A model generated the notes under the pieces. That model was given only the letters and a program-made list of their open reading frames with translations, was not told the DNA's origin and searched no databases. From an uncultured Lachnospiraceae bacterium (lineage in GTDB: Bacteria > Bacillota > Clostridia > Lachnospirales > Lachnospiraceae), in the NCBI GenBank assembly GCA_964591945.1, contig CAZQBM010000002.1, forward strand, positions 6,550-70,549: a stretch of 64,000 bases of DNA. The letters run 5' to 3'. The translations under genes were made by a program, and so were the position numbers. Shown here one piece after another: positions 1 through 9,565 of this stretch; positions within the stretch are counted from its first letter, which is position 1; the number at the start of each line of letters is the position of its first letter.

Positions 1-141
1 TATAGGGATAATACTATAGTAAGGGGTGTCCGATTTAGGGGACTATTGATATAGGAATTAACTATATAAACTTCATCTAAATACTCAGACTTCCTCGTTT
101 CATAAAATACTACATAATTTATTTCCCATCTTTTATATGGT

Positions 142-1464
142 TTATTCTTTTCGCTTTTTCTCTTGTTCTGATAAACAAATTATTTCTTCTGCAGAACAAG
201 TCTCTATTTTAAATAATTCCTCATGTCGCTCAACAAACGCCTCATACTCACTTGATTCTCTATATTGGATAAACATGGGCCACGTTTTAACAGAATCTAC
301 ACTGATTTCTTCTCCTATGTTTTTTTCTAGAATTTTTGTTACTTCGGCAAAATCATCCAATAATGCAGGTTTTGCTATCGCAAGATTATCTGCCATTAAC
401 GATGTATCCTCTTTTTCAATTATAGCGCGTATATTATCTATGCCTTCAAGGTTTTTACATGAAACAAAATAATTTACTCTATTACGCCACAAATCTGCAT
501 CACTTTGCCCGTCTATATTCATTAGAGCATTATATATGTATTTACTAACTGACCATTTTTTCTCAGACATATATCTAAAACCAATTAAAAAAAGTTTATC
601 TATGATATTTGATTTGTCAGCTGATAATTTAATAAAACCCAAAATTGTCTCAATAATTACAATTCTAGTACAATCTATAGCGTCTAATATATAATCTTTT
701 GAAGGATAAAGTCTTTTTCCTATCTCGCACGCATATTGGGGAGAAACCCCGTTTAAGTAGGCACTATTTGCTCTACCACGATTGTGAACTACAACATTAC
801 GACGATAATATACCTCCCTAAAATGCTCAAATTCTTCATCAAAATTAAAAACAACTTTATGCTTTTGCTCAAATATTACATACCACTCTTTAAGTGGCTT
901 TCTCATAAATTCATCAATTTCTGCATCAATAAATGCCTTTTTAATCTCCTCAATATCAGAATTAAAAGAAATCAGCTTATCATACGTTATACTTTTGTCT
1001 TTTAGATACGCATCAGGGAAAGCAATTAATAATCTCTTATATATTTCTGAAATAATGCTTTCATAACGAATAAGCAACATTATAATAACAGAATTATTTA
1101 GTATTTGGGGGCGTTCTATTAAGCCCATAACCTTCTTTTCTGCTAAAACAGGGTCCAATTCATACTTTCCAGCATATTTTTCTTGATTCTTCCATTTATA
1201 CTCAACCATATCTTTATCATTTTCATCTTCGATAATGACAATTTCTTTAGCAATAAATTGTTCTTCTGCATTAGTCATACAATGGGGATTTTCTTCTTTA
1301 TGTATTCTACTACATAAAAATTTATAAATAGCTAAACCATATTTATATTGCTCCATTTCCTCTGTAACATATTCCATTGTGGCTTCATATTGCTCTTTAT
1401 AATATTCTTCAAGTATATCAATTTCCTCAAGCGCTTTATTAAGTATTTTGCATAATTTGATCAT
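142..1464 (-). CDS. Hypothetical protein with HEPN-type RxxxxH motif (putative RNase/defence effector)
   Basis: 440-aa AT-rich ORF; motif YYRRNVVVHNRG preceded by helix IIMLLIRYESIISEIY typical of HEPN folds; helical C-terminus. Confidence 0.55.
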   Translation of the reverse strand: MIKLCKILNKALEEIDILEEYYKEQYEATMEYVTEEMEQYKYGLAIYKFLCSRIHKEENPHCMTNAEEQFIAKEIVIIEDENDKDMVEYKWKNQEKYAGKYELDPVLAEKKVMGLIERPQILNNSVIIMLLIRYESIISEIYKRLLIAFPDAYLKDKSITYDKLISFNSDIEEIKKAFIDAEIDEFMRKPLKEWYVIFEQKHKVVFNFDEEFEHFREVYYRRNVVVHNRGRANSAYLNGVSPQYACEIGKRLYPSKDYILDAIDCTRIVIIETILGFIKLSADKSNIIDKLFLIGFRYMSEKKWSVSKYIYNALMNIDGQSDADLWRNRVNYFVSCKNLEGIDNIRAIIEKEDTSLMADNLAIAKPALLDDFAEVTKILEKNIGEEISVDSVKTWPMFIQYRESSEYEAFVERHEELFKIETCSAEEIICLSEQEKKRKE

Positions 1465-1792
1465 TATGTATTCCTCTTCCGATTCATATTTTTATTACAT
1501 AATATACTATCATGATTTATCATATTTGAAAAGAATACAATGATATCTTGGTAATGAGATATGTGTATGTAGTCAACATTATTTATACATTATTATCTTT
1601 TATTTTTTCAATTTCTCAAGGTCTAATTTTTCTCTTTAAAAAAACTATTTTTACCCCTTTTTGTGGGGATTAAGATTGCCTTATGACGCGATGCACCGGA
1701 AGTGGCTATCACCGTGCCATTTTGGGCATAATCCTTCGGATTCCGCCCTCAACGCGGTCGCTCGCCAAATACTTCGTATTTACCGATAATAT

Positions 1793-1972
1793 AAAAAGAG
1801 CCTCCCTTGGATGCAAGCATCCGGAAGACTCTTTTTAATCTGCTACAACCCGAGCGCGAACTCGCGACAACGTCGCTCGTACGCGGGCTGGCGCCCAATA
1901 AATAGGCAAAAAAATACGAGGAAGAATGCAAGCACTCTTCCTCGATTATTTCGCCTATTTGCTCAGCTTGTA
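1793..1972. repeat. Cluster of REP-like/terminator hairpins with ATGCAAGCA cores
   Basis: AAAAAGAG..GGATGC-AA-GCATCC..CTCTTTTT and AATAGGC..CGAGGAAGA-ATGCAAGCAC-TCTTCCTCG..GCCTATT inverted repeats; would follow the guaA stop in the element-free allele. Confidence 0.55.
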
Positions 1973-1982
1973 GCCAGTCGCG

Positions 1983-1995
1983 ATTATTCCCACTC
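1983..1995. repeat. att core (distal copy of guaA 3' end)
   Basis: ATTATTCCCACTC identical to 11293-11305. Confidence 0.85.
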
Positions 1996-2096
1996 TTCTT
2001 TGCAAAGTTGTTCTGTGGTGTAATGTATTGATTTTGGTGGTAGAATTCCGGAAGTTTTGTCCGGATTGTACCTGGTGTGGGGATTTTGAGGGGATT

Positions 2097-2116
2097 TTAT
2101 TGTCATTTTGTTGTCA
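2097..2116. promoter_or_regulatory. Putative integrase arm-type binding site
   Basis: TTATTGTCATTTTGTTGTCA; near-identical copy at 11216-11235 near the other att core; TTGTCA repeated at 11-bp period. Confidence 0.6.
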
Positions 2117-2126
2117 GTAATACCAC

Positions 2127-3308
2127 TTATACAGGAACAATACCAGATGGTTCTATTTTATTATCAAAATTATTTACATAATATGCTAATATCTGCATTC
2201 TATTTTCAACTCTTTTATACGAATGCCCCCCCTTAGAAATCAACGCAAGCAACCGATACTCTTCAATCACTGGTTCAGAATATCCTGCAAAAGCACACAT
2301 AACACTATCTGCCTTGGCTGAACTAAACGCCGACAACTTTGTATTTATCGCGTCTAACGCTTTTAACTTATGCTTACAATCTTTCTTGAAATCTACCATT
2401 CCAAGGATTATCAATAAGATAAAAAACTTCATTGCACGAGCATTACACGCTATGTAATTTACGGGTATAGCATCATCTTTTGCAATTATATTTAGTACCT
2501 CAATCAAATTATTGACTTTGCTAATCGTTTCTTCATTTATTTCTTTACATCCATCCAAGAATCTCATAACTTCTTTATCTGTAACACCAAATCCTATCTG
2601 CCCATCTACTAATCCTATTACGCTATAAAATACCCTATCAAACTGCTTTCTTTTATTTTGAAAAGAAAGTTTTGAAAGTAACAATTCTTTATTTTGAAGT
2701 AAATTTAAATACTTTTCCAATTCTGTATCAGGAATAGAATTCAGCAATTCGCCAGCTCTAAGACGCTCTTGATTTTGTAAGTATCTAAAATACTCTGTTA
2801 TCTCACCATCAGAAGCATTAGTTATATTGGTAATTGAAATATTATACGCTAGAATATTATCTTGGATAACCTGCGGCAGTTGTTTAAAAGAAATTGATAC
2901 TTTTCCTTTATTATTAATTTTCCGCTTCAACTTTGAAAGTTTTTCATCCGTATCCTCACCCATATATTCTATAATATAATTGATAATGTCTTTGGAAATT
3001 TCACTTTGAATTACGTATTCATTTTCAATAAATTTATATATCGTTGTAAGTCGCTGTTGACCATCAACAACTTCTTGCATTGCACCTTTTTGATTCTTTT
3101 CAGTACGAACTCTTAAACTTATATTTCCTATAGGATAACATTTGATAATGCTATATAACAACTTGTCTTTAAAATCCGAACTCCAAATATAACCTCGTTG
3201 ATAGTTTGGTTGTAAATCAATACCATCCCTTTTGTTTATATTCCTTATCTGGTTTAAAAGTGTCTGAATGGGTCTTGAATCATATGAAAACGCCATCACA
3301 TATGTCAT
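2127..3308 (-). CDS. DUF262 (ParB/Srx-like, GmrS-type) domain protein
   Basis: Motifs LQPNYQRGYIW and VVDGQQRLTTI; GGAGG RBS before ATG at 3308 (ORF-track start 3479 probably too long). Confidence 0.85.
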   Translation of the reverse strand: MTYVMAFSYDSRPIQTLLNQIRNINKRDGIDLQPNYQRGYIWSSDFKDKLLYSIIKCYPIGNISLRVRTEKNQKGAMQEVVDGQQRLTTIYKFIENEYVIQSEISKDIINYIIEYMGEDTDEKLSKLKRKINNKGKVSISFKQLPQVIQDNILAYNISITNITNASDGEITEYFRYLQNQERLRAGELLNSIPDTELEKYLNLLQNKELLLSKLSFQNKRKQFDRVFYSVIGLVDGQIGFGVTDKEVMRFLDGCKEINEETISKVNNLIEVLNIIAKDDAIPVNYIACNARAMKFFILLIILGMVDFKKDCKHKLKALDAINTKLSAFSSAKADSVMCAFAGYSEPVIEEYRLLALISKGGHSYKRVENRMQILAYYVNNFDNKIEPSGIVPV

Positions 3309-3550
3309 GATATATCCTCCTTGTATGATATTTCGTATGTATATAATAGCACATTTGCCTCTTTTGTCAATAGACTCTGTTGGTTTTATTTGCTTTTTCT
3401 TTATATATTCAGCTTTTTCTTTTCGACTCTCGTGTGCTTTTGTTGTGTATACAAAAAAGAATGAGATTAATAATCCCATTCTCCATGTTCACCACACTGT
3501 TTAATTATCAAGCCACCAGTACGGAATTTATATTATTAAAAGATACCTTT

Positions 3551-3730
3551 TTAATCATTTACTACAGAGACATTCCAGCCTTTACTTTTTCCATACATTT
3601 TAACCTCATCAAGCCTCATATTCTTCACAAACTCAATTACCGAACTCTCAATTTCATCCCGACTAATAACTCTTACCTTTTGCTGTCTATCTCCAACATT
3701 AGCCTTCACTTCAATAACAATATTATACAT
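3551..3730 (-). pseudogene. Small frameshifted ORF (MYN..VIEVKANVGDRQQKVRVISRDEIESS..)
   Basis: RBS AGAAAGGA + ATG at 3730 hits a stop after 7 codons; a shifted frame stays open to TAA at 3551. Confidence 0.3.
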
Positions 3731-3761
3731 ATGGCGATTCCTTTCTCATATTTCAAAATCT

Positions 3762-4508
3762 TTATTCTTCATTCCTAACAACATCATACCATGAACTATC
3801 AAAATGTACCGCTTGTAAAATAGTTTCCTTATCAACCAAATCTGGTTTCTTAATCTTGATATGCCATCTATCCTTAGGTATCTCTTCAATAATCGTAAAC
3901 TGGCTACCACTCGGTTGCCATGTAAATTTGTGCGTTCTTGTTGTCTTATTATACCCTTCAAGATTATTGTTTTTATTCCACTCAAAAACATATAATTCAG
4001 GATCGTATCGTATGGTATCAAATTCAAATACCAAATATTCGCTAAAATCTTTTGCTTTCACAAGCACTACAGTACGAACAAACTTAAAAACTTGTCGAAC
4101 TGCTGATACTCGTTCATTCCATATTTCCAATACCATTTTCCCAATCTCATTGGGATCTTCGCTTGTTATTTTGTCTACGCCATAACTATATGCCGGTGAA
4201 TTTCTTCCTGCAATCAGTCTAACAGTTTGCTGATTTGCAATATTATTTGTTCCAAAAACAGTTTTAGCACCCCAACAACAATTATCTAAAACAACATCAT
4301 CCAAACCTACATTTGAAGGTTTCCATTCCGCTCCTACACAGTTTGCAAAAATCTGCTCCCATTCATTTCCTTCTAAAGACATATGATGCTTTGTTGCCAT
4401 CATATAAACAATTTCCCGTGCAAGCGTATCAACAAACTTGCTTGGAAATTTATTGCAATCAAACGGAGCTACTGCCTTGTTTACAGTTCTCAATCTTGGT
4501 CCAGACAT
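3762..4508 (-). CDS. Putative type II restriction endonuclease
   Basis: 248 aa, directly downstream of a C5 methyltransferase; E..D-D..AK (WEQIF, LDDVV, GAKT) PD-(D/E)xK-like pattern. Confidence 0.7.
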   Translation of the reverse strand: MSGPRLRTVNKAVAPFDCNKFPSKFVDTLAREIVYMMATKHHMSLEGNEWEQIFANCVGAEWKPSNVGLDDVVLDNCCWGAKTVFGTNNIANQQTVRLIAGRNSPAYSYGVDKITSEDPNEIGKMVLEIWNERVSAVRQVFKFVRTVVLVKAKDFSEYLVFEFDTIRYDPELYVFEWNKNNNLEGYNKTTRTHKFTWQPSGSQFTIIEEIPKDRWHIKIKKPDLVDKETILQAVHFDSSWYDVVRNEE

Positions 4509-4568
4509 AAAAATACCTCCATATCATTCATATGAAGGTATTATATCATACATCTATAATCTTTTCAT

Positions 4569-5705
4569 CTAAAATATCAATGGCAAAAAGCGTTCTATAA
4601 CTTTAGCCACCATATCGACCGGAATGGCATTTCCTGCTTGTTTTCTTGTTTGTGTATCTGATACTACCATCTTAAATTCATCAGGAAAACCTTGTAAACG
4701 TAACATTTCTCTTGGAGTCAATCTCCTTTCTCCATCCACTAATAAATAATTATAACTTGCACCCGCTCTCAATGCGCAGCTATACGGATAAGAAGATACA
4801 TTTCCCGATTTATTTTCATGCCAAATTGCTGGTTTTATTTTTGCAGTATGCTTTGCTTTTCTCTTTTCCACAATTTCTTTAGAAGCATAATGTTTTTTAT
4901 CAACAGTCTTTTCCAATATATCTTCTAAAGATTTCTTTTTATCTATTGAAAAATTCCAATCCATTTCAAATGGTTCTAATGCCCCAATTATTATAATTCG
5001 TTCTCTTTTCTGAGGCAATCCAAAATCTAAGGCATTAAGTAAGTGATAATCTACATAATATCCCAGTTCATCACGCAATACTGATAATATAGTCGCAAGT
5101 GTTTTTCCACCATCATGACTTGCCAAATTTTTGACATTTTCCAATACAAACGCCTTAGGCTTTTTCTCTTTGATTATCCTAGCAATATCAAAAAATAATG
5201 TTCCTCTTGTTGCATCTTCAAATCCTTTTTGCAATCCGCATATTGAAAAAGCCTGGCACGGAAAACCTGCAAATAATAAATCTATATCTGGTATCTTCTT
5301 TTCATCAACTTTAGTAATATCACCAACAGGTCTCTCACCAAAATTAGCCTCGTAACTTTCTTGAGCATATTTGTCAATATCACTACTAAATACACATTCC
5401 CCATTTATTCCCAAAGACTTAAACGCTTGAGAAGATGCATATCTAAAACCACCAATACCACAAAACAAATCCGCAAATTTTATAGGATTCGGATAAACAT
5501 TAACCCTTTCGTTATCAATCTTTAAAAACAATTTTTCAACATTAACAGATAATCCTTCTGCAATTCGTACAGCTATGTCCACAGAAGGGGTTACTTTATT
5601 CGACTCTATCATAGACAAATATTTCCGACTGATTCCCGATACACTTGCTAGGTAATCTTGTGTCATTTGCTTTTCTTTTCTTATCTCTCTCACTTTACTT
5701 ACCAT
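4569..5705 (-). CDS. DNA (cytosine-5)-methyltransferase with N-terminal XRE HTH
   Basis: Motifs DLFCGIGG (I), GFPCQAFS (IV), ENVKNL (VI), QKRERI (VIII), QAGNAI (X); N-terminal REIRKEKQMTQDYLA..ISRKYLSMIE HTH; RBS GGAGG before 5705. Confidence 0.95.
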   Translation of the reverse strand: MVSKVREIRKEKQMTQDYLASVSGISRKYLSMIESNKVTPSVDIAVRIAEGLSVNVEKLFLKIDNERVNVYPNPIKFADLFCGIGGFRYASSQAFKSLGINGECVFSSDIDKYAQESYEANFGERPVGDITKVDEKKIPDIDLLFAGFPCQAFSICGLQKGFEDATRGTLFFDIARIIKEKKPKAFVLENVKNLASHDGGKTLATILSVLRDELGYYVDYHLLNALDFGLPQKRERIIIIGALEPFEMDWNFSIDKKKSLEDILEKTVDKKHYASKEIVEKRKAKHTAKIKPAIWHENKSGNVSSYPYSCALRAGASYNYLLVDGERRLTPREMLRLQGFPDEFKMVVSDTQTRKQAGNAIPVDMVAKVIERFLPLIF

Positions 5706-5789
5706 AGCGTTTTCCTCCATTTTGCGAACTGTATTGCACAATTTATTATATTTCGCTTTTGCAAATTTGTCTAGCACATTTTTATTTTT

Positions 5790-7064
5790 TCACCTTCCCA
5801 TCCCCATGTCTCTAACTTTCTCACTAATCCAGTCCATAAACTTCTCCAGCAAATTCATTCCGCCAATCACGAACTGTTTCATAAATTCATACGCCTTTTC
5901 TAGCTTATCCTTAAGTGCCTTATTCTCCTCTCTCAACACATGATTCTGATACCGCAATTCTATTACCTGCTCCTTTAGATAAGAATCACCATCCACAACT
6001 CCCAAGAGTTCTTTTTTTAGCCGTTCTACCTCTGCCAATTCGAACTGCGCATATTCTGTTTCCTGCTTAGCAATATCAGATACCTTGCGCCATTTATCAG
6101 CTTCTTTTTCAGCAATCTCAATTTCATTCTTTTTATCCGTCAACTTCTCCATTGCCTCATCATACTCTGTCTGCAACCGAGAGTTTTTCATCTGTAAAAT
6201 TTCCCCTTCTGTTTCCAGTTCCCGGTTCTCTGCCAACGTATCATCAAGCTTTTTCTGTGCTTTATCCTGCTTCCACTTAAACTCAGTTTGCATTCTTCGA
6301 ATTTCTTTATCCAAAGCATCTGCACGTTCCTCTTGCAAATCAAGAACAACCTGAACATCCTCTAATTCCGCCTCAAGAGCAGCAACCTCTTTTGCTCTCT
6401 CCTGCTTTTTATAATCCAGTACCGATAAATGCTTATTATGAGTACCCTTCTTGTGCCATCCGATTCCGTATCGTTCCATAATGCTTGCGATATCTTCTTT
6501 TTCAGCCTCCGACCACTGTTGCCATTCCGTATTGCCTTTTCCCTCACTGGCAAATCCTCTACCAGCAAGTGCCCCTTTAAGGCTTGTCCGAGTCTCCAAT
6601 CCTCGCTCACTGCCGGATACCCACGGAACAAAATCCAGATGCAAATGTGGTGTTTCTTCGTCCATATGAATATAGGCACCAAACACATATAACTGTGGAT
6701 TGCGAAATTGAAACAGCTCCACATAATCCTTTAAAATCTGTGTTGCTATCTCTGCCGAATAACTGCCCACTCCGGTATCGTCTTTATTTCCAATCTGGAC
6801 GATTACCTCGTAAAATAATTTCTCCTGCTTGCTTCTTTTTATCTTCTCATAATAATTCTTAATCTGCCTGTCTTTGCGTTTCTGTTTGGCATTGTATTCA
6901 TCAAGAACCTTATCAAACAATTTATGATACACCTGCTTAATGTCCTCGTTGATAAGTATGATATTATCTTTTGTCCGACTGGCATCCACGTTTTTAGCAA
7001 TAAAACTTCTTGTGTTATGCCCAATGGAACCTTCGCCATTCATAAAACTAATTGTTCTTTCCAT
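5790..7064 (-). CDS. Mob/Pre (MOBV) relaxase / plasmid recombination protein
   Basis: GHNTR N-terminal motif, HMDEETPHLHLDFVP HUH motif, long coiled-coil C-terminus; RBS before ATG 7064. Confidence 0.92.
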   Translation of the reverse strand: MERTISFMNGEGSIGHNTRSFIAKNVDASRTKDNIILINEDIKQVYHKLFDKVLDEYNAKQKRKDRQIKNYYEKIKRSKQEKLFYEVIVQIGNKDDTGVGSYSAEIATQILKDYVELFQFRNPQLYVFGAYIHMDEETPHLHLDFVPWVSGSERGLETRTSLKGALAGRGFASEGKGNTEWQQWSEAEKEDIASIMERYGIGWHKKGTHNKHLSVLDYKKQERAKEVAALEAELEDVQVVLDLQEERADALDKEIRRMQTEFKWKQDKAQKKLDDTLAENRELETEGEILQMKNSRLQTEYDEAMEKLTDKKNEIEIAEKEADKWRKVSDIAKQETEYAQFELAEVERLKKELLGVVDGDSYLKEQVIELRYQNHVLREENKALKDKLEKAYEFMKQFVIGGMNLLEKFMDWISEKVRDMGMGR

Positions 7065-7166
7065 AACCCAAAACCTCCTCTTTTTGTATGTATTAGAGCA
7101 CCTCCTTTTTATCCGTAGTAAGCACCGGATACGGCACAAGATAGCAAATTTCTTTTGGAAGGTTTT

Positions 7167-7187
7167 GTTACTTTTGTCAAAAGTAAC
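7167..7187. promoter_or_regulatory. Putative oriT inverted repeat upstream of the MOBV relaxase
   Basis: Perfect IR GTTACTTTTG-T-CAAAAGTAAC ~100 bp upstream of mob, the usual MOBV oriT position; further hairpin AACCCGC-AA-GCGGGTT nearby. Confidence 0.6.
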
Positions 7188-7292
7188 GCAAAAGCACTTT
7201 TGACAGCTACGCCATCAAAAATGCAACCCGCAAGCGGGTTTTGCGCTCCTCGCCGGAGTGGCTATACGGCTCTACGAGCCGAATAATATTCC

Positions 7293-7679
7293 CTAGTGAA
7301 AACAATTCACCACATCGTATAATACTACTTCCTCTGCCACCAATCTTGCCTGTGTACGAAGCCTATACATCTCCATAAATGAGTTTTTATTCTTAGGCTT
7401 ATGTTGCTTTAACCATTCATTTTCAATGTCCTCTAACAGCTCATAAGCCACTTCATTTACCTCTAGCGCTTTGCTATGCAACTCTCCAAATCGCACCAGA
7501 CTTCTGTACCTCTGTGGATACTCTGACTGTATGTATTTCATCCATAGACGACCATATTTTCCTATGTCAGCATTCTCTTCTTTAATTTCCACCGAAATCA
7601 ACGGATAAAGAATACCGTCCTCTTCTATGTATCTCACACCCAATTTTTCAAATAATGTCTGCTCACTCATAATCGCCAC
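7293..7679 (-). CDS. tnpV: TnpV family protein
   Basis: Y.EEDGILYP.I, IGKYGRLWMKY, C-terminal AEEVVL pattern of TnpV. Confidence 0.8.
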   Translation of the reverse strand: MAIMSEQTLFEKLGVRYIEEDGILYPLISVEIKEENADIGKYGRLWMKYIQSEYPQRYRSLVRFGELHSKALEVNEVAYELLEDIENEWLKQHKPKNKNSFMEMYRLRTQARLVAEEVVLYDVVNCFH

Positions 7680-7696
7680 ATCCTTTCCAAAATGTT

Positions 7697-8068
7697 TTAT
7701 TCTTCATCCAATACTGTCAATTGCCTTAGCCCAGCCAATGACCTCGATTGTCTCCTAAATCCTTCCAATATCTCCAGCATGGAGCGGATGGGAGTCAATA
7801 ACTCCCCATCCATCTCTGATGCCTTTTCAATCCTTTCAAGCTCCCGCTCAATTCTCTGCAAGTTCTGACGAAACTGTACCAACATCAAAGGATTGCCGGT
7901 GGCAACAACTTTCTGATGCAAAACACTTTGGATAATATAATCCTGCTTGGTACGAAAACCACTAAGCTTCACTCGATTATTCAGTTCTTCATTTTCCTCT
8001 GGGGACATACGAAATGCTATGGTAACATTTCTCCACCTGTTCTTATCATCCCTATTCTTTTCTGACAT
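7697..8068 (-). CDS. MobC-like ribbon-helix-helix mobilization protein
   Basis: RWRNVTIAFRMSPEENEELNNRVKLSG..KQDYI pattern. Confidence 0.7.
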   Translation of the reverse strand: MSEKNRDDKNRWRNVTIAFRMSPEENEELNNRVKLSGFRTKQDYIIQSVLHQKVVATGNPLMLVQFRQNLQRIERELERIEKASEMDGELLTPIRSMLEILEGFRRQSRSLAGLRQLTVLDEE

Positions 8069-9146
8069 TAATCAACGCCTCCCTTTCCGTATCCAACTGT
8101 GCCGCCATATCTGTCTGCACCGTCGGAAATAAATGTGCATAATGGTAAGTGATATCTACTGCCTCATGTCCTACCCTTTCTCCGATTGCCAATGCTGAAA
8201 ATCCTAAATTTATCAGTAGCGAAATATGTGAATGGCGTAATCCATGAATTCGTATTCTCTTTACCCCTGCAAGCTTTGCTCCTCTATCCATCTCATGATG
8301 CAGATAGCTTTTGGAAATTGTAAAAATACGCTCATTCTTTTCAATACCATACATCCTACTTATAAAATCCTCCATTTCATCAGCAAGAAAATCCGGCATT
8401 ACAATCGTTCTGTTACTTTTCGGTGTCTTAGGCTCTGTAATCGCATCTTCGCCCTCCAGCCTCTGATATGATTTGTTTATCCGCAATGTTTTCTTTTGGA
8501 AGTTAAAATCCTCCGGTGTCAGAGCAAGTAGTTCTCCTTCACGAATTCCGGTCCAATATAGAATCTCAAATGCGTAGTAGGACATCTCCTTATCTGCCAC
8601 ACATTCTATAAATGCCTGAAATTCATCCTGCGTCCAGAACTCCATCTCCTTACTTTCTTCCTTACCCATATTTCCGGCCTTACGAGCCACATTATCCTTT
8701 AATCCATAAAAATTAACTGCGTGATTTAATATGGCACTAAGCTGATTATGAATGGTTTTTAGATAGGTCGGGGAGAATAACTCCCCGTTGTCCTTGGTCA
8801 GCTTCATCATTTCATTTTGCCACTGGATAACATCACAGGTTCGTATCTCATCCAGTTTCCTTCTCCCGAAATAAGGAAGTATTTTCGTCTCTATAATGTG
8901 CTTCTTGGTAAGAAATGTGTTCTTCTTTATTCGTGACTCCAAATCCTTCAAATAGATCTCCACAAAACTACCAAATGTCATGCTGATGCTCTGGTCTTCC
9001 TTTAATTTGAAATTCCGTTCCCATTCCAGGGCTTCGCTTTTCTTTGCAAAGCCCCTCTTGGTCTTCTGTTTTCGCTCTCCGGTCCAGTCCTTATAGTAAG
9101 TACGCACCTCCCACATTCCGGTCTTCTGATTCTTAATCACAGCCAC
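8052..9146 (-). CDS. int: Tyrosine recombinase/integrase
   Basis: Arm-binding N-terminus (KTKRGF), TGIREGELLAL, HGLRHSH, VGH..T..HY catalytic residues. Confidence 0.95.
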   Translation of the reverse strand: MAVIKNQKTGMWEVRTYYKDWTGERKQKTKRGFAKKSEALEWERNFKLKEDQSISMTFGSFVEIYLKDLESRIKKNTFLTKKHIIETKILPYFGRRKLDEIRTCDVIQWQNEMMKLTKDNGELFSPTYLKTIHNQLSAILNHAVNFYGLKDNVARKAGNMGKEESKEMEFWTQDEFQAFIECVADKEMSYYAFEILYWTGIREGELLALTPEDFNFQKKTLRINKSYQRLEGEDAITEPKTPKSNRTIVMPDFLADEMEDFISRMYGIEKNERIFTISKSYLHHEMDRGAKLAGVKRIRIHGLRHSHISLLINLGFSALAIGERVGHEAVDITYHYAHLFPTVQTDMAAQLDTEREALINVRKE

Positions 9147-9347
9147 TTATCCCACCTCCTTCTCTTCGTCAGATAAGCCGTAAATTCGCTTCATAAGATA
9201 CTTGCTACTGATACGCCCTTTTATTGTCACAAGACCTTTTGCTTCCTGCTCCGCATTCAGCTTGCGTATCAACTTGTATGCATATGATAACGATACTCCC
9301 AGCATTTCCTGCACATCTGTCGCTGTAAAAAATCGCTTATTCTCCAT
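9147..9347 (-). CDS. Excisionase-like HTH protein
   Basis: 66 aa, DVQEMLGVSLSYAYKLIRKLN; abuts int. Confidence 0.8.
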   Translation of the reverse strand: MENKRFFTATDVQEMLGVSLSYAYKLIRKLNAEQEAKGLVTIKGRISSKYLMKRIYGLSDEEKEVG

Positions 9348-9379
9348 AAATCCAAGCCTCCTCTCTTCAACTTTATTAT

Positions 9380-9489
9380 TCAGTTCATTTTCGAACGGTT
9401 TTGTTGTTTTATATATTAACAGTTCATTTTTGTACTGTCAATACTATTTCACAAAAAACATTTCATTTTTGTACTGTTGGTGTTATACT
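9380..9489. promoter_or_regulatory. Divergent promoters with three operator-like repeats
   Basis: 20-bp imperfect palindromes at 9380, 9419, 9458; minus-strand TTGACA-17-TAATAT (9441-9413); plus-strand TGnTATACT (9481-9489). Confidence 0.7.
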
Positions 9490-9565
9490 ATATGAGAGCA
9501 CGCGATTTACACCTATTGTTTTCGCGTGACATAAAACAACAATTACACTTATAAGGAGTAATTAA

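Noticed and set aside
20-50. GGGGTGTCCGATTTAGGGGACTATT, reminiscent of an IS terminal repeat
   Set aside because: No partner repeat or transposase visible in this window
1749-2023. Short ORFs 1749-1931 (-) and 1811-2023 (+)
   Set aside because: They overlap palindromic repeats and the att site and have no RBS or protein-like composition
3762-5705. Assigning a recognition sequence or enzyme name to the R-M pair
   Set aside because: Cannot be determined without a REBASE comparison or methylome data
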